This document shows, one piece after another, positions 12,406 to 26,363 of a stretch of DNA of 64,000 bases. Made by a program: the position numbers and the translations under genes. The stretch lies in NCBI RefSeq assembly GCF_009914755.1, contig NC_060930.1; one strand, written 5' to 3'. A model generated the notes under the pieces. The model saw only the letters and a list, made by a program, of their open reading frames with translations, was not told the DNA's origin and did no database searches. Position 1 is the first letter of the stretch. Each line of letters opens with the position of its first letter. The DNA comes from the human T2T-CHM13v2.0 reference genome, Homo sapiens.

Positions 12406-12485
12406 TTATGTTGGTGCAAAAGTAATTACAGTTGCCATTACTTTCAAAGTTATTGCAAAAACAATAACTTTTTGCACCAACCTAA
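12406..12485. mobile_element. MADE1 (Hsmar1 MITE)
   Basis: 80 bp long, with TIRs TTATGTTGGTGCAAAAGT / TTTTGCACCAACCTAA and a TA TSD on both sides. Confidence 0.92.
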
Positions 12486-14552
12486 TATATGAGAATTTGA
12501 GGGAGAAATATAATCAAATGAAGAACTAAATAAGAATAAATAAAAATTATAGTTTGTGGTATCACCTATGCCTCTCCCAGGGTTCTATGCCCAGAATAAC
12601 ATCTACATCTACACAATCTAAATCATCAGCACTGTTCAGCAATTGACACTAAAATAACAGATACGTGAAGTAAAAATGCATTTTGTATTTATGCTGCAAT
12701 CTGGATTTTTGCACAGAAAAAATAAATTACAAATGTACAGAATATTGTTCAAAATTTCTTCCAAACATCACTTTCTACCAATTGAGTTAAAGTTTTCAAG
12801 AAATCTATCATCTTTATCCAAATTTATATTTTGTTAGAAGATAATGATATCACTTTTAAAATGTATTTTAATTTTTGTGATTTCTACATGTGTAAAATAC
12901 AATTTAAAACTTGTGCATCAAAGTTTCATTATGTTTACCTTGACTATATATAATTATGTTAATTCTACTTCATTAAAATACAAATGGATACCATTTTTGT
13001 GAGCCAACTCCTCGCCATTTAGTAGGTAAATTATTTAGACAGAGACAGAAATTAGAGGTGCTTGAGAATTATTTCTGACAAATCTGTTCACTGCTACTTA
13101 ACATTTTTGTGCTCCAGGTGCTTCCAAGTTGATATTTTATTAAAATGGTATTTTTATAGAAACATGGAAAGTGAGCAACTGGTTTCTAATTCTCAAGTAC
13201 TGTCTTAATTATGATTTACGAAAAGATACTCATCCAGATTTCCTTTTTTTAGCATCAAGGTACCATTTACTGATCTATCATTAGTGTTTAAACATCGTAT
13301 CTTTGAAATTTCCTTATTTCATTTTCTAAATACTCTGGCAAGTATGTAGCTGGAATTTCTAAGAAAAAACTTCTGCATTGACTAAGAATTGGTATTCTAG
13401 CTAACATTTATTTTACTCATAATTTTCTGTTCATCATATTTTACGGCTCGGATTAAAGAAACATGAATATTTACACTCCACATGCCAAGCAAAATGCAAA
13501 GTTCAGGTATCTAGGGAAAACTTTGTCCACTGGTCCAAATATGAATTCATGGATCAAAACAATTCTATCCATAATAAAGCCAAAACACACATTCCATAAT
13601 GATATTATGATTATACGTACATTTTTTGTTTATTTTAATGTAGGTTCTTGGCAAAATAAAGTGTAAGTAATCCTGTATCATTCCTGCCCAATATTTTGTT
13701 GTTGATATCTTTTCCCGATCCTTTAATTGCTTTGTAAATGCTAACTTAAGCCTAAGTTTAAGTCAATGTCTTTTCTCCACTGATATGTACAAAGGAAACA
13801 ATCGTTCTAACTGTGCAAGTAAAGGTTTTGATGCACTTCAAAGTGCATCAAAGAGTCGCTGAACAGGGAAGACAGTTTGGGAGAGACAGCCCTTTCTGAC
13901 CCTTTTGCAATCACCCAAAACGCACAGTGTGTGCTGACATGGAAGGGTGATCATCTGTCACCTTTTTAGTCTAAGACCTTTACGGAATTTCATGGACTGA
14001 TTGCTCCCAGCAAGATACATCACTTTTATTTTCATGATTTGGTCCATGCCGTTTCTCTCTATTTAGAATGCTCAGTCTCTCTTTTCTAATTTACTATGGG
14101 AAAAAGCATGCTGAACATCCTCTCCTTGTTCCTGGAACCTAGCTCATGCAGAGGAAACATTTATATCCTCTTTGAGTCTAGAAAAACGTTAAGAGTGGCA
14201 TTTTCCTAGTGTGCTGGATTACTGCCCTTTAAAGATCAACAGCCATGAAAAATACCACCTAATTTTGCTATCTATGACCAAAAGTAGGCAAATGAGATAG
14301 AACCTGTCTCCACAGGGCACAAAAGGCAAGGCCTATCCCCATACTTTATACCATTTGTAAGCTGCAAAGGGGTTGTTAATCTCTTTCAGTCGGGTGTTAA
14401 ATCAAGTGATTTACCAATATGCTGCAAGCAGAATGTATCACTTAAAACTTGATTCCCAATTTCTAATCCAATCTTCACCAGATACAGTCTTTGGGAGTTA
14501 CCTGGAACTTGTCCAGTTATTAACAACGTAGAACTTTATATCTCACTTTGCT

Positions 14553-15144
<592 letters not shown>

Positions 15145-15574
15145 GTTTTTCTTAAAAATAATATCCTTTCAGGGGAACTCCTGGAAGAGGAGGAATGAAG
15201 GAAGAGTGTGTGGTTTAGGCATTCCTGGGTGACCAGTAAAATATCAACAATCTCAAAAAAAATGCATTCAGTATTGCTCAAAACATATTTTTGATTACAT
15301 GTTGAACTTTATTTTTTCTTACTCTTTTTACTATATAGTGATTTCAGTGAATCAATATTCCTTTGTAATTCTGACAGTGTCCATAATAGATACATTTAAA
15401 ACAAAGTCTTAATGATACAATTTAACTACAAGGGTGTTTATGATGTCAGGGTTTACACAGTTTTGATGTTTTTGTTATTTCCTCAATTACTTAATTTAAT
15501 TTAAATACATGTAAAATTTGAAACTGTTCTTTTGTTCTTCCATATTCTTTTTTACCTTAAATTTTTTTTTTCGT

Positions 15575-17429
15575 TTTCAATTTATTTTCTATTTCAATAG
15601 GTTTTTGAGGGAACAGGTGGTGTTTCATTATATGAAAAAGTTCTGTAGTGGTGATTTCTGAGGTTTTGGTAATGTACACTGTACCCCACATGTAGTCTTT
15701 TATCCTTCACCCTACCCCCACCCTTTCCTCTGAGTCCCCAAAGTCCATTGTATCATTCTTATGCCTTTGCCTCCTCATAGCTTAGCTCCCAATTATGAAT
15801 GAGAACATAAGATGTTTGCTTTTCAATTCCTGACTTACTTCACTTCGAATAATAGTCTCCAATTCCATCCAGGTTGCTGCAAATGCCATTATTTCATTCT
15901 TTTTTATGGCTGAGTAGTATTCCATGGTATACATCTGGGTGTGTGTGTGTGTGTGTGTGTGCGTGTGTGTGTGTGTACACATCTATATAATATTTTCTTT
16001 ATCCACTTGTTGATTGATGGACATTTGGGCTGGTTCCATATTTTTGCAAATACAAATTATGCCGCTATAAACATGCATGTGCAAGTATGTTTTTTGTATA
16101 ATGACTTCTTTCCCTTTGGGTAGATACCTAGCAGTGGGATTACTGCATCAAATGATAGATCTAATTTTAATTCTTTAAGAATTTCCACACTGTTTTTCAT
16201 AGTGGTTATACTAGTTTACATTCCCACCAAGAGTGGAAAAGTGTTCCCTTTTCACCACATCCATGCCAACATATATTATTTTTGATTTTATGATTATGAT
16301 TATGGCCATTCTTGCAGGAATGAGGTGGTATTGCATGTGATTTGATTTGCATTTCCCTGATAATTAGTGATGTTGAGCATTTTTCTATATACTTGTTAGC
16401 CATTTGTGTATCTTCTTTTGAGAATTGTGTATTCATTTCCTTAGCCCACTTTTTGATGGAATTGTTTGTTTTCTTTTCTTGCTGATTTGTTTGAGTTCTT
16501 TGTAGATTCTAGATATTAGTCCTTTGTTGGATATATATATTGTGAAGATTTTCTCCCACTCTGCGGGTTGTCTGTTAACTCTGCTGATTATTTCTTTTGT
16601 TGTGCAGAAGCCTTTCAGTTTAATTAAGTCCAATCTATTCATCTTTGTTTTGTGGCATTTGCTTTTGGGTTCTTGGTCATAAAGTCTTTGCCTAAGCCAA
16701 TGTCTAGAAGGGTTTTTCTGATGTTATTTTCTAGAATTTTTATAGTTTCAGGTCTTAGATTTAAGTTATTGAACCATCTTTAGTTGATTTTTGTATAAGG
16801 TGAGAGAGGAGCATCCAGTTTTATTCTTCTACATGTGGCTTGCCAATTATCCCAGCACCATTTGTTGAAAAGGGTGTCCTTTCCTCACTTTACGTTTTTG
16901 TTTGCTTTGTTGAGTTCTATTTGGCTGTAAGTATTTGGCTTTATTTCTGGGTTCTCTATTCTGTTCCGTTGGTTTATGTGCCTAGTTTATACCAGTTCCA
17001 TGCTGTTTGGTGACTACGGCTTTATAGTATAGTTTAAAGCCAGGTAATGTGATGCCTCCAGATTTGTTCTTTTTGCTTAGCCTTGCTTTGGCTATGTGGC
17101 CTCTTTATTTGTTCCAAACGAATTTAGGATTTTTTTTTTTCTAGTTCTGTGAAGAATGATGGTGGAATTGCATTGAATTTGTAGGTTATTTTTGGCAGTC
17201 TGGTCAATTTCACAATATTGATTCTATCCATTCATGAGCATGGGATTTGTTTGTGTTGTCTATAATTTCTTTCAGCAGTATTTTGTAGTTTTCCTTGTAG
17301 AGGTCTTTCACCTCATTGGTTAAGTATATTCCTCAGTTATTTTGTTTGTTTGTTTTTCAGCTATTGCGAAAGGGGTTGAATTCTTGATTTGATTCTCAGC
17401 TTGGTAGCTGTTGGTGAATAGCAGAGCTA
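15575..17429 (-). mobile_element. L1PB1, 5'-truncated (3' part of ORF2 plus 3' UTR), with a (TG)n at about 15940-15976
   Basis: L1PB1 3' UTR (TTTCAATAGGTTTT...GAGTCCCCAAAGTCCATTGTATCATTCTTATGCC). ORF2 relic peptides such as [29 protein letters not shown] are in the ORF track. Confidence 0.92.
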
Positions 17430-19559
17430 TTATATTTCATTTCTACTTTCTTTTTTTCTCCATATAAGACAATTCTTATTTTTTATTTGTCATTAAGTAC
17501 TCAGTTGTAAATAATGAGCTACACTTAAAATGTTATTTCTAGTGGAATTAACTATTACGAAAGGCTACCAATTTAGATACTGAGGATTCAATCAGGAACA
17601 GATACTTGTTTCTCTACTGGATTGATAAATTCAGACTATAAGAGGCACAGGAAATATCAATTCATTGTCTTCATAAAGCTCTGGTTAGGATAACAGATAC
17701 ATCAATAGAAGTTAGTCTATTTATAAATCATGAATTTGAGACATTAAAACATTGAATGGGTTCTGATGTGTATATGTATGATACGTAGTTGAATATATGA
17801 TCATAGCTGAAAGTATACATATACATATATAATTTACCCATTGCTATTCTTTTTTTTCCTTAGAATGGTGTTTATGCATGTGTGTGTATGTGTGTCATTG
17901 GTATATGTGTGTGCAACTGTTCATAAGAACAAGTAAGACCACAAGTGAAGAGTCATGAAAAGTACTGAGTTTGCTATGAGCTCATCTTACAATTTAAGCG
18001 GTTGGAATTTTTCCTACAAAACAGAAAATGAGTGTGAATGGAGACCAGTTTTTGTTTGTTCAATACTATAATCATAGGTGTTTTTACTAAGGAAATTAAT
18101 TTTGTTGCATCATTGAAACTTTTTCAAGCACACAAAACTGTCCAGAAACTTCCAAGAGAGATGAGGGTTCACCCACTCTCATCAGGTCATCAGAAAGCAT
18201 ACATAGGCACATCCCACCAGCCAATGGAACCACAGGCCATTAGAGGGGTAGGATCTTAGAAATGGATTATCCTGGGGCTACTATTTTATGAAAAACGAAT
18301 GCGAAGCAGATTAATACTAAAAATCTCAAATTCTTCAAATGTCAAGCCAGTAAGAATACATATTGCATCAAAGAAAATGCAATTTGTGTAGGGAATGCCT
18401 GAAGTCTAATGGAGACTACTGATGTAGAGCAAATTGAGTACAGTTTTGATATTACCTTCTTACAAACTTATTGTCCTACCCCACAGCAATTCTCACCATG
18501 CATGGCCAAAAAGTGCAAAGTGAATGCCAAAGCCTGATATTTAGCTCTGTTTCTTTTCTCTTCCCTCTGAGAATGTAATTCCATTGCTTAGCCCTGAGCC
18601 TCTGAAGCAGTTTATTTCCCATCTGGCTCTTGCCAGCCAACAGCACTAAGGCATCCCAAAAGACTTGCTTCCTAATGGTCATAGGCTGAGATGGCCAAAT
18701 GCCTTCCAATATTTATCAGTCTCCTAGTAGGTGAGAAGAAAATGGGCTCTTGAGACTGGAGTCTAAAATTAATTAGAAATAGGAGGTAGGTTTGCAAGAT
18801 AGATGATTGTAGCACTCCAAAAATGGATAAGCCAAAAGAAAACAAAGATAATCAGTACTGTGGAACACTTATTATGCCAGTCTTTCAACTCTTGACTGTT
18901 TACACCTGGCATGACAACTTTGATCCCGCCTTAGCAAATGCTTTGTGTGCCAGAGATTCTGAACACCCATCCCCAACCTTCAGGCATTGTTCCCCTATTC
19001 TAGAATCATTTCCTGGATGTTCATGCCACTTCTTCAATGAGTCTTCTGGGAGAAAACACTTCCTTTATTTTTCTTTGGAATTGCTAGAAACTTACTACCC
19101 AATCCTTCTTCTTTTCTAACAGAAGTGCTGGCTAAGTGATAGAAAATTCACTTGGGCATTAAAAAGCAGGAAAGCTGGATTTACAAATGTTGCCTTGAAA
19201 ATGCAATACTGTGTGTCAGTACCTTAGATGTTAATCTTAGAATGAGCCTCCAAGAATTTCTTATAAGCTTTATATGAAAAGAAATGAAATCAAAGATTAT
19301 GAAAGGAATGCCTATAGGAATTTGATAAACCACAAGCACCTTTTCACTAAAAATTAAAAAATGAGAGAAAGTAATGGATCAGAACTAGTCTTTAAAGTTC
19401 TTCAGCAGGAAATAAATTTCAGTCACAAATATTTTTTCTCAACCAACAAGGATTAAAACTAAGTTTATGTCAACTTCTCCATCTTATCTCTTACCACTCT
19501 TAACAAAAAAAGAAAAAAGTATTTTACATACCCTAGATGAATTTTTAATTCTGAAACAA

Positions 19560-19925
19560 ACAAGCCTTTCATTTGCATAACTTCATGTCCTTTCTGCAAG
19601 CTGTTCCTTGGCCTGCAACCCCCTGCTCCGTAATTTCATTTCTATTAAATCTCACTGATTTTTCAAAGCCTAGCTCAGATGTTCTCCATCTGTTTGATTC
19701 TTTATCTAATACCCATTAAAAAGATAAAATCTTTATTTTGGTAGCACTTTGCAGAAATCAGTATTATAGCACATAAGATGTTAAGATATATAATTTGGTA
19801 ATAATGCTGTATTCGTAACTTTTACGAGAGCTCACTGAAGACATCGATGATGTTTTACTCATCTTTGCAAGTTCTTTGCAGAATTTGGCAAGAGAAAGCA
19901 ATACAGGCCTTTAAATGAATGAAAA
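19560..19925 (+). mobile_element. L2 3' fragment
   Basis: GCTGTTCCTTGGCCTGCAA, TTCAAAGCCTAGCTCAGATG and the terminal AATGAATGAA. Confidence 0.55.
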
Positions 19926-20299
19926 AAGAAAGGAAAAAAGGGAGACTTCTATGTGGAAGTTGTCCAAATGTGAAAGGAGTAAAGAACAAGCATAAATCAT
20001 TAGAAATGCAGAACACTTCAATTTACATTTGAAAAAACAATCACAGAATAGATAAGTACAGATAAAAATCCTCATGATGGTCTATTCAGCAATATAATGG
20101 CTAGTTCTTTGGTCCATGTGATTCATTTGTACAAAAAATAATAAGTACGTAAACTATGAAATACATTGCTTCATTATGACAGATATTAATATGAGTAAAT
20201 TAAGCTCTTCCAATGAAGTTATTCACAGTCTGAGAGTGGGAGTTAGGTGAACAACCCCAGTGTCCCAGCACTTAGTGCAGCGCAGGCTGGAAAACAGAA

Positions 20300-21434
20300 G
20301 AATCTTCTTATGTGGAGGGAACACAATTGGTCAAACATATGTCTACAGTTACTTGGAAGACTACTAGGCCTGACCTGTAAAAGTAGATGATAAGTATGTG
20401 TTGGCTTCTCTTGGCTACTTTTAACAAGGCATTACAAGAAATAAAGTAAGAAGTTACAATTTTTTAAGCAAAGATGATATAGAATGGAGAATATCTAGAG
20501 CATGAGTCTTGCAGGGTTGGAAAAATTAACTTCACCTGGACTTCAGATTATAAAAGACAAGACTCAAAAAGCCCCAAGACTTCTCAATCCAGGCAAGTGA
20601 CAATCATGCAGCAAAAAAATAAGATTTACAGGCTTTCCCACCTACTATCTCAAATGGCTTTAATACGGCCACCATTAAATTTAGAAGAAAAAATCAGTAG
20701 AAACTAGGAAACCGAGAACTATATCAGGCTTGGTCATTGCACCTAGAAAAGAACTCTGGAGATGTTTACTAGCATATAGGATTTCTGGAAACAACATATA
20801 GGAAGCAATATTGGTTTCTGAGTGAATTGTATAATATTAGAAAGAACCCTTCACCTTGAAGCAGAACATTTTTCATTGTTCAGTCTTAAAACAACATTCA
20901 GTACTGCCTAAACTATTAACTAGGAAAAAGACTGCAAAAACAGCAAAAGTCTCAAAGGAACACATACTTTCAAGATCCACTACAACTAGAGCCTTAGAAG
21001 ATAATGTACAAGTTAACAAAACAAAACAAGAGAATAAAGTTAGGTGTCTCCGATAAGAATTTTCTTCTAAGCAAACAGAATAATCAGGATCTAATCAAGG
21101 AGCCAGTCAGCCATGGTAGGGCCTTCCCAAATTTTGCCCAGCAAGAACTCATAATTGTAACAGTACATGTCTGCTATGTATCTTCTAATCTTTCATTTTC
21201 TAATGGGAGTACTTGTGGTGTTCCTGTTTCTGTACCATCATATATGGGGTGTGCACAGCAGGGTTACAGATGTTGTCATTTTATGTCCTGATACTGAGAA
21301 TTTCACATCAATCAAGGACCTGAAAATTGAGCTAGAGGTGGCTTTGAATCATCTCTCCTGGAGAGGGGATGAGCATGTTCTTGTCATGGAAGGAAGGTTG
21401 AGATATGTACATACTTAGTGGCAGAAAGGTAAGC
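20300..21434 (+). mobile_element. MLT1-int (ERVL-MaLR internal) relic
   Basis: GTGTTGGCTTCTCTTGGCTACTTTTAACAAGGCATTACAAGAAA resembles MLT1-int, and it lies directly upstream of an MLT1J LTR. Confidence 0.5.
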
Positions 21435-21771
21435 TCTCGCAGAAACTACTAGCTGATTACCAAGCCTAGTCTTGGTTTTCCCTTGCACACAGCTAGAAAA
21501 CATTTCCCAGCTTCCCTTACTGATATTTATGGTCATGTGACTGATCTACAATTAGTGAAATATGAATGGACATTATGTGTGGCACTTCCAGGCTTGCCCG
21601 TAATTGCCCATGTACAACCCTCCATGTTCTTTCCCATTTCACCACTTCACACAAATTAAATATTGGGGAATACTCATTCTGGATTTCCTATGAGTGAGAA
21701 ATAAACTTGTATGTTGCTGGAGATAATATTATGCTTTTGTTTGTTACAACAGCTACACATCTTTAAATACT
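21435..21771 (+). mobile_element. MLT1J-like LTR
   Basis: GCACACAGCTAGAAAACATTTCCCAGCTTCCCTT...GGTCATGTGACTGA...TGAGTGAGAAATAAACTT...TTTGTTACAACAGC. Confidence 0.75.
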
Positions 21772-21959
21772 GTAATTCCAAAGAGAAAAAACAGAAATCT
21801 CTAGAGTTCCTGGAGCTGTCCTGTCCCTTCCCTTTAGGAGAGTTGGCTGTTAACAGTCTATATTTTTTATGAAGTGCTCAACTTAGCACAAAACATATTC
21901 TGTTGCTTTCAATCCTAAGAATCTTAACTGAAAAAGTCCAGATAAGGAAAGAGTGAGCC

Positions 21960-22175
21960 TGACAGAGTTGACATAGACAGGTGGGAAATTTCAAAACTAT
22001 TTAGCCGAATTTGATTACATGTGTGGTGTGAGAGAAGGAAGAGTTGAGGGTAACTACCAGGTTTCTAGCTTGAGTAACTGGTGTGTTGACAACTTAGTGA
22101 CTATAAGAGGCTTTTCAAACAGTGAGTTAAAAATGTCTTTGGTGTGTCAACATGGAGATATTTAGAGGGAGCTGA
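21960..22175 (-). mobile_element. L2 fragment
   Basis: GAGAGAAGGAAGAGTTGAGGGTAACTACCAGGTTTCTAGCTTGAGTAACTGG. Confidence 0.6.
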
Positions 22176-23289
22176 AGAGAAGAATCGTATGATGGAAAAT
22201 TATAGTGTCTGAAATTTCAACTTAGACAAATGATTTAGGGGTCTTTTCTCCCACATTTCAGTAACTCAAATTCAAGGAGAGTAGAAAATCTGAGTCAAAA
22301 ACTCTTATAAAACACCAAAAAAAAAACCCTGAAATTCAATTTTTGAGTTCATAAGGGTCTCTGAAATATGAGATGTAGGTAATTCACGTATCATTGCTTG
22401 GAATGGCTTATGTCTCAACATTGTAGCCAGGAAATATAACTGAAGGCAAATAGAACTACTTTATTCATTCTGTAGAAATACATTTGCTGCTGGTAAAATG
22501 ATAGACATATAGCAGTTTTCCCACATGCCTGTTAATATTTTGGAGTGGGCCTGTTGTTTCTTTTTCACATAGGGAGGTCAGGTCCCTGGTCTTTTATAGC
22601 ATCTACACTGAAACTGAATCCATTATACATTATGTTCCCCAAAGGACAGTATCTGAGACAGAGGCTGGCCAGATGGGTCACATGAAATATATACTTTTCC
22701 ATCTCTGTGCACCGGTGGGAGGCCTCAAAGAGGTGGCTGCACTGCACTTCCAATTATGGATGGTGTGGGTGGACTGCCGTTAATGGGGAAACTTTTCATT
22801 TCAAGCCCTGGACAGAACCAGCCTGAGGATATGGCAAATTGGATCACTACCCCAGGAGACTCCATCCATTAGAGCATGGGAGAGAAAGAATCAAATGCTT
22901 TCTCTAGCAGCTGGCCTCTAAAATATGCTTCAAGTCAGCATTTTTATAATGATTATCATTATTGTGGAACACTGCATCTGTGCCCTTTCCATTTGGTTTC
23001 ACAGTTCAGTCATGCTTCTTGTTGAGTTCTTTTTTAATTCTTGCCTGCAGCAAATTCACCTGCTTGATGCTATTTTTAACAATAATGCGGTAGAGCCCAT
23101 TTATTAGCTATTGATGTTTGTTTTAAAAACACATGACCAATTTTACAAGGTTCAGGTATTATATAGATCTCAAAAACAAAATGTTGAATAAAAATATTAT
23201 AGAATAATATATACAATTTATATATTGTTGTGGATTTTTCAAAACCTGAAAAAAATCTATCTTATTTATGGTCACCTATGTAAAATTAG

Positions 23290-25865
23290 CTTAGAAGGAA
23301 GACCGGACACAGTGAACATTTTTTCAAGAAGTGACACAGGAACTGAACAGAAAAACTGAAGGAATCTACAGAGCTTTTGAAGGAAGCAGGAGGCTGCAGC
23401 CTACACCATTAGTTAGATGAAGGGCTGTGAGTACCCAGAGTGTGAAATGGGGAGAGACTGCCTCCAGGATATACACCCCCACTGGGGACCCTGAAAGTCC
23501 AGGCCACAGGGGAAGACTTTAACCCTACCTAGTACAGAAACTGACTTCAGGAGGATCATGGAATATAAATGTAGAAGCAGTAGCAGGAAGATCCTTGCAT
23601 GCACTCCCAGTTTTCAGCATAAACTGAGGGAAGACATTGCTTATTGTTCCTCAAAGGGAGCCCTGTGGATGACAACCAAAAAATTTAGACAGTGAACACA
23701 GGTTGAAAGAGGCCCCCAGCTGGGGCTCATGATATAATTTTGAGTGGGGCAAACTCCCTTGGCCAGGGCCAGGACAGGGAAGAGTGAAAAGCAGGCTGTA
23801 GCAGGAGTGCAGGAGCCATGAGTGCAGGAGCCTGGTTTCCAGCTTTGCGGTGGATGGAAAGGGGCATGGCCTGAAAGCCACAGTTGCTATATCTATGTGG
23901 AAAGTTTATGACTTGAGGCAGACGAGAGTTCTGAGTGCAGGCTGACTGGAACCTAGTCCACTGCTGCCAGAGAAACACTGTAGGAGTGAATCTGCCTCAC
24001 CAGGTATGTGGGATCTGTGTAGGGCTTACTGCTGCCTGTGTGGGGTTCACTTCCTGCATGAAGCAGAGTGGAACAGAGGCAGCAACAGTCCCCTCTGGAA
24101 CATCAACCCAGTGGCCTGAGAACTGCTCCCATTCCTCGACACCCAAAGGGTCTGCAGCTTGCCCTGAACATGGAGACTCAAGTGCAAACCCACCTGACAC
24201 TACCCCCACAGGGCTTTGCCCCATCACCAGCTCTGGTAGCTTAACACAAAGGACAGAAACTCTTAGGAACTATACAGCCCCATCCATTGCCTGAGAAACC
24301 ATAGTATCCACCCTGGGAAATGTAAGGTAAGCAAAAATCCCACTGCTACTACTGCAGCTGATGCTGTTTTGCAAATGTCACCTCCTGGCTGGAGCCAACC
24401 AACCTAACACAGTCCATTACTAACACAGTCCATATCCTCACAGAATAACACTGTACCTAGAAAGGAGAAGGTGTCTGCATGATCTCAGCTATCGCCACTG
24501 CCTGTACCACTCTGGCTAACCGGGAGATCCTGAGTCTGTCCACATGACTGGTTCATTACTACTCTAACCAGGTTCGAGAAAGTCAACACACTAAAGCTAT
24601 CAATAACCAAGGAATCTAAAAGAGTCTATGTCATTCCCCTGTCACCTCCATTAGAGTTGGTCCTGCTACCCACTGCTGGGAGACTTGAGGACAAGTCTCA
24701 TCACCAGCTCCCTTGCAGACATTCCCCAATACCAGCCTGGAGTGTGGCAACTTCACTGGGCAGCTAGATCCAGAGAAGCAACAACACTCACAGTAGTCTA
24801 GCTTTCAGGGATTCCAACTCCTAGGAGAAGTGGGAGTGTGTGTACCACAACAAGGGAACACCCAGGTAGATTAAAAAAAATCTGGACAGCAGGCCTTAAG
24901 TACCAGACCTGTCTGCTTGTGGGACGTTTCTTTCAACACAGGCAAAGTTGCAATGCTGGGCACAGTAGGGAAAGTCTTCAGCTCTAATCCAACAGTCAGA
25001 CAGCCTTGGTGTGCCTTAAGGGTCTTGGAGAAGGGGACCTCTTGTCCACCACTGCAGGCACAGTTAGAGCTCCTCCCCATGGGAGCATGGCATGGATGCA
25101 ACTATAGACAGTCTTTCTGCAACAGATCAGGGTGACTACACCCACACAGGAGGAGCACCCTCCAGGTTCAGGCTTGCATGAGCGACAGAGTCACAATTCC
25201 ACCTTATTTGGAACATCAACATTCCCACAGATGAAAAGAGGTGCCTGACTGATCTGATTAGCTGAAGCCCTGGGAATGGAATGTGTCTGAGGGCTGGGTA
25301 ACTTTCTTGCTGACCTGGAAGGGGAGTTGAGGTGGCTCCAACCTTCCCCCCTAAGAAGCCCTTAGTGCAACTCACTGAGAGCTCCTCCAGCCACCTCTGT
25401 CAAGGCTGGGACCTCTGCCTACCATTGGGTATTGCTTTTACTTACCTGCTTTAGCCAAAACTGATTCCTACCCAGGGACACCTCCCCTACTGGCCTGAAG
25501 CCTAAACCATCAAACCAGTAAATAAGATACTGAAAGAAAATAAATTTTAAACATGCATGCCACAGGGGAATGATATAAGCTTTAAGATACCTCTACCATC
25601 ACAACCCCATAAAAGACAGTGAACTTGCTCACACACTGAGCACATTGCTTCCACAATCAGCACATGAGAAAGCCATCCTACAAAGACTCTTCCGTAACCA
25701 AGGAACTCTTACAGAGTCTTCACACGTGAAAGCACCAAGAACAAAATATGGCTGTGATTAACTATAAAGTCACATCCTTAAAGGGAAAAAAGAAATTAAA
25801 AAACGAAAAAGAAACATGGTCAAATCAAACATAAATTTAAGAATAATTATAAGAAATAGTTTACC
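23290..25865 (+). mobile_element. L1PBa-type 5' UTR (5' end of a once full-length L1PB)
   Basis: GAATCTACAGAGCTTTTGAAGGAAGC...CCCACTGGGGACCCTGAAAGTCCAG match the L1PBa 5' end. It stops where ORF1 would begin. Confidence 0.8.
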
Positions 25866-26013
25866 CAGCAGTCCCCAACCTTTTTGGACCCAAGAACCAG
25901 TTTTATGGAAGACAATTTTTCCACAAACCAGTTGGGGTAGGATGGTTTTGGGATGATTCAAGCTCATTATATTTATTATGCACTTTATTTCTATTATTAT
26001 TACATTGTAATAT
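25866..26013 (+). mobile_element. MER1B (hAT-Charlie), left half only
   Basis: CAGCAGTCCCCAACCTTTTTGG...GGATGATTCAAG...CACTTTATTTCTATTATTATTACATTGTAATAT. Confidence 0.9.
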
Positions 26014-26363
26014 TGTATTAGTCCATTATCACTGTGATATAAAGAAATACCTGAAACTGGGTAATTTATAAAAGAAAGAAGTTTGACTTACAATTCTGCA
26101 TGGCTGGGGAAGCCTCAGAAAACTTACAATCACAGAGGAAGGGGAAGCAGGCCTGTCTTACATCATGGTAGGAGAGAGAGAGAAGCAGAAACCACCACTT
26201 ATAAAACAATCAGATCTCATGAGAACTCACTCACTATCATGAGAACAGTATGGGGGAAACCACCCCCATGATCCAATCACCTCCCACTATGTCCCTTCTT
26301 TGACATATGGGGATTACAATTCAAGATAAGATTTGGGTGGGGACAGAGAGCCAAACTGTATCA
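26014..26363 (-). mobile_element. THE1D-like 3' LTR
   Basis: TGTATTAGTCC...GGCTGGGGAAGCCTCAGAAAACTTACAATC...GCCAAACTGTATCA, with the PPT adjacent. Confidence 0.88.

Noticed and set aside
23805-24435. 15-16-bp tandem duplications in the L1PBa 5' UTR (about 23805 and 24404)
   Set aside because: Ordinary slippage events inside a dead L1.
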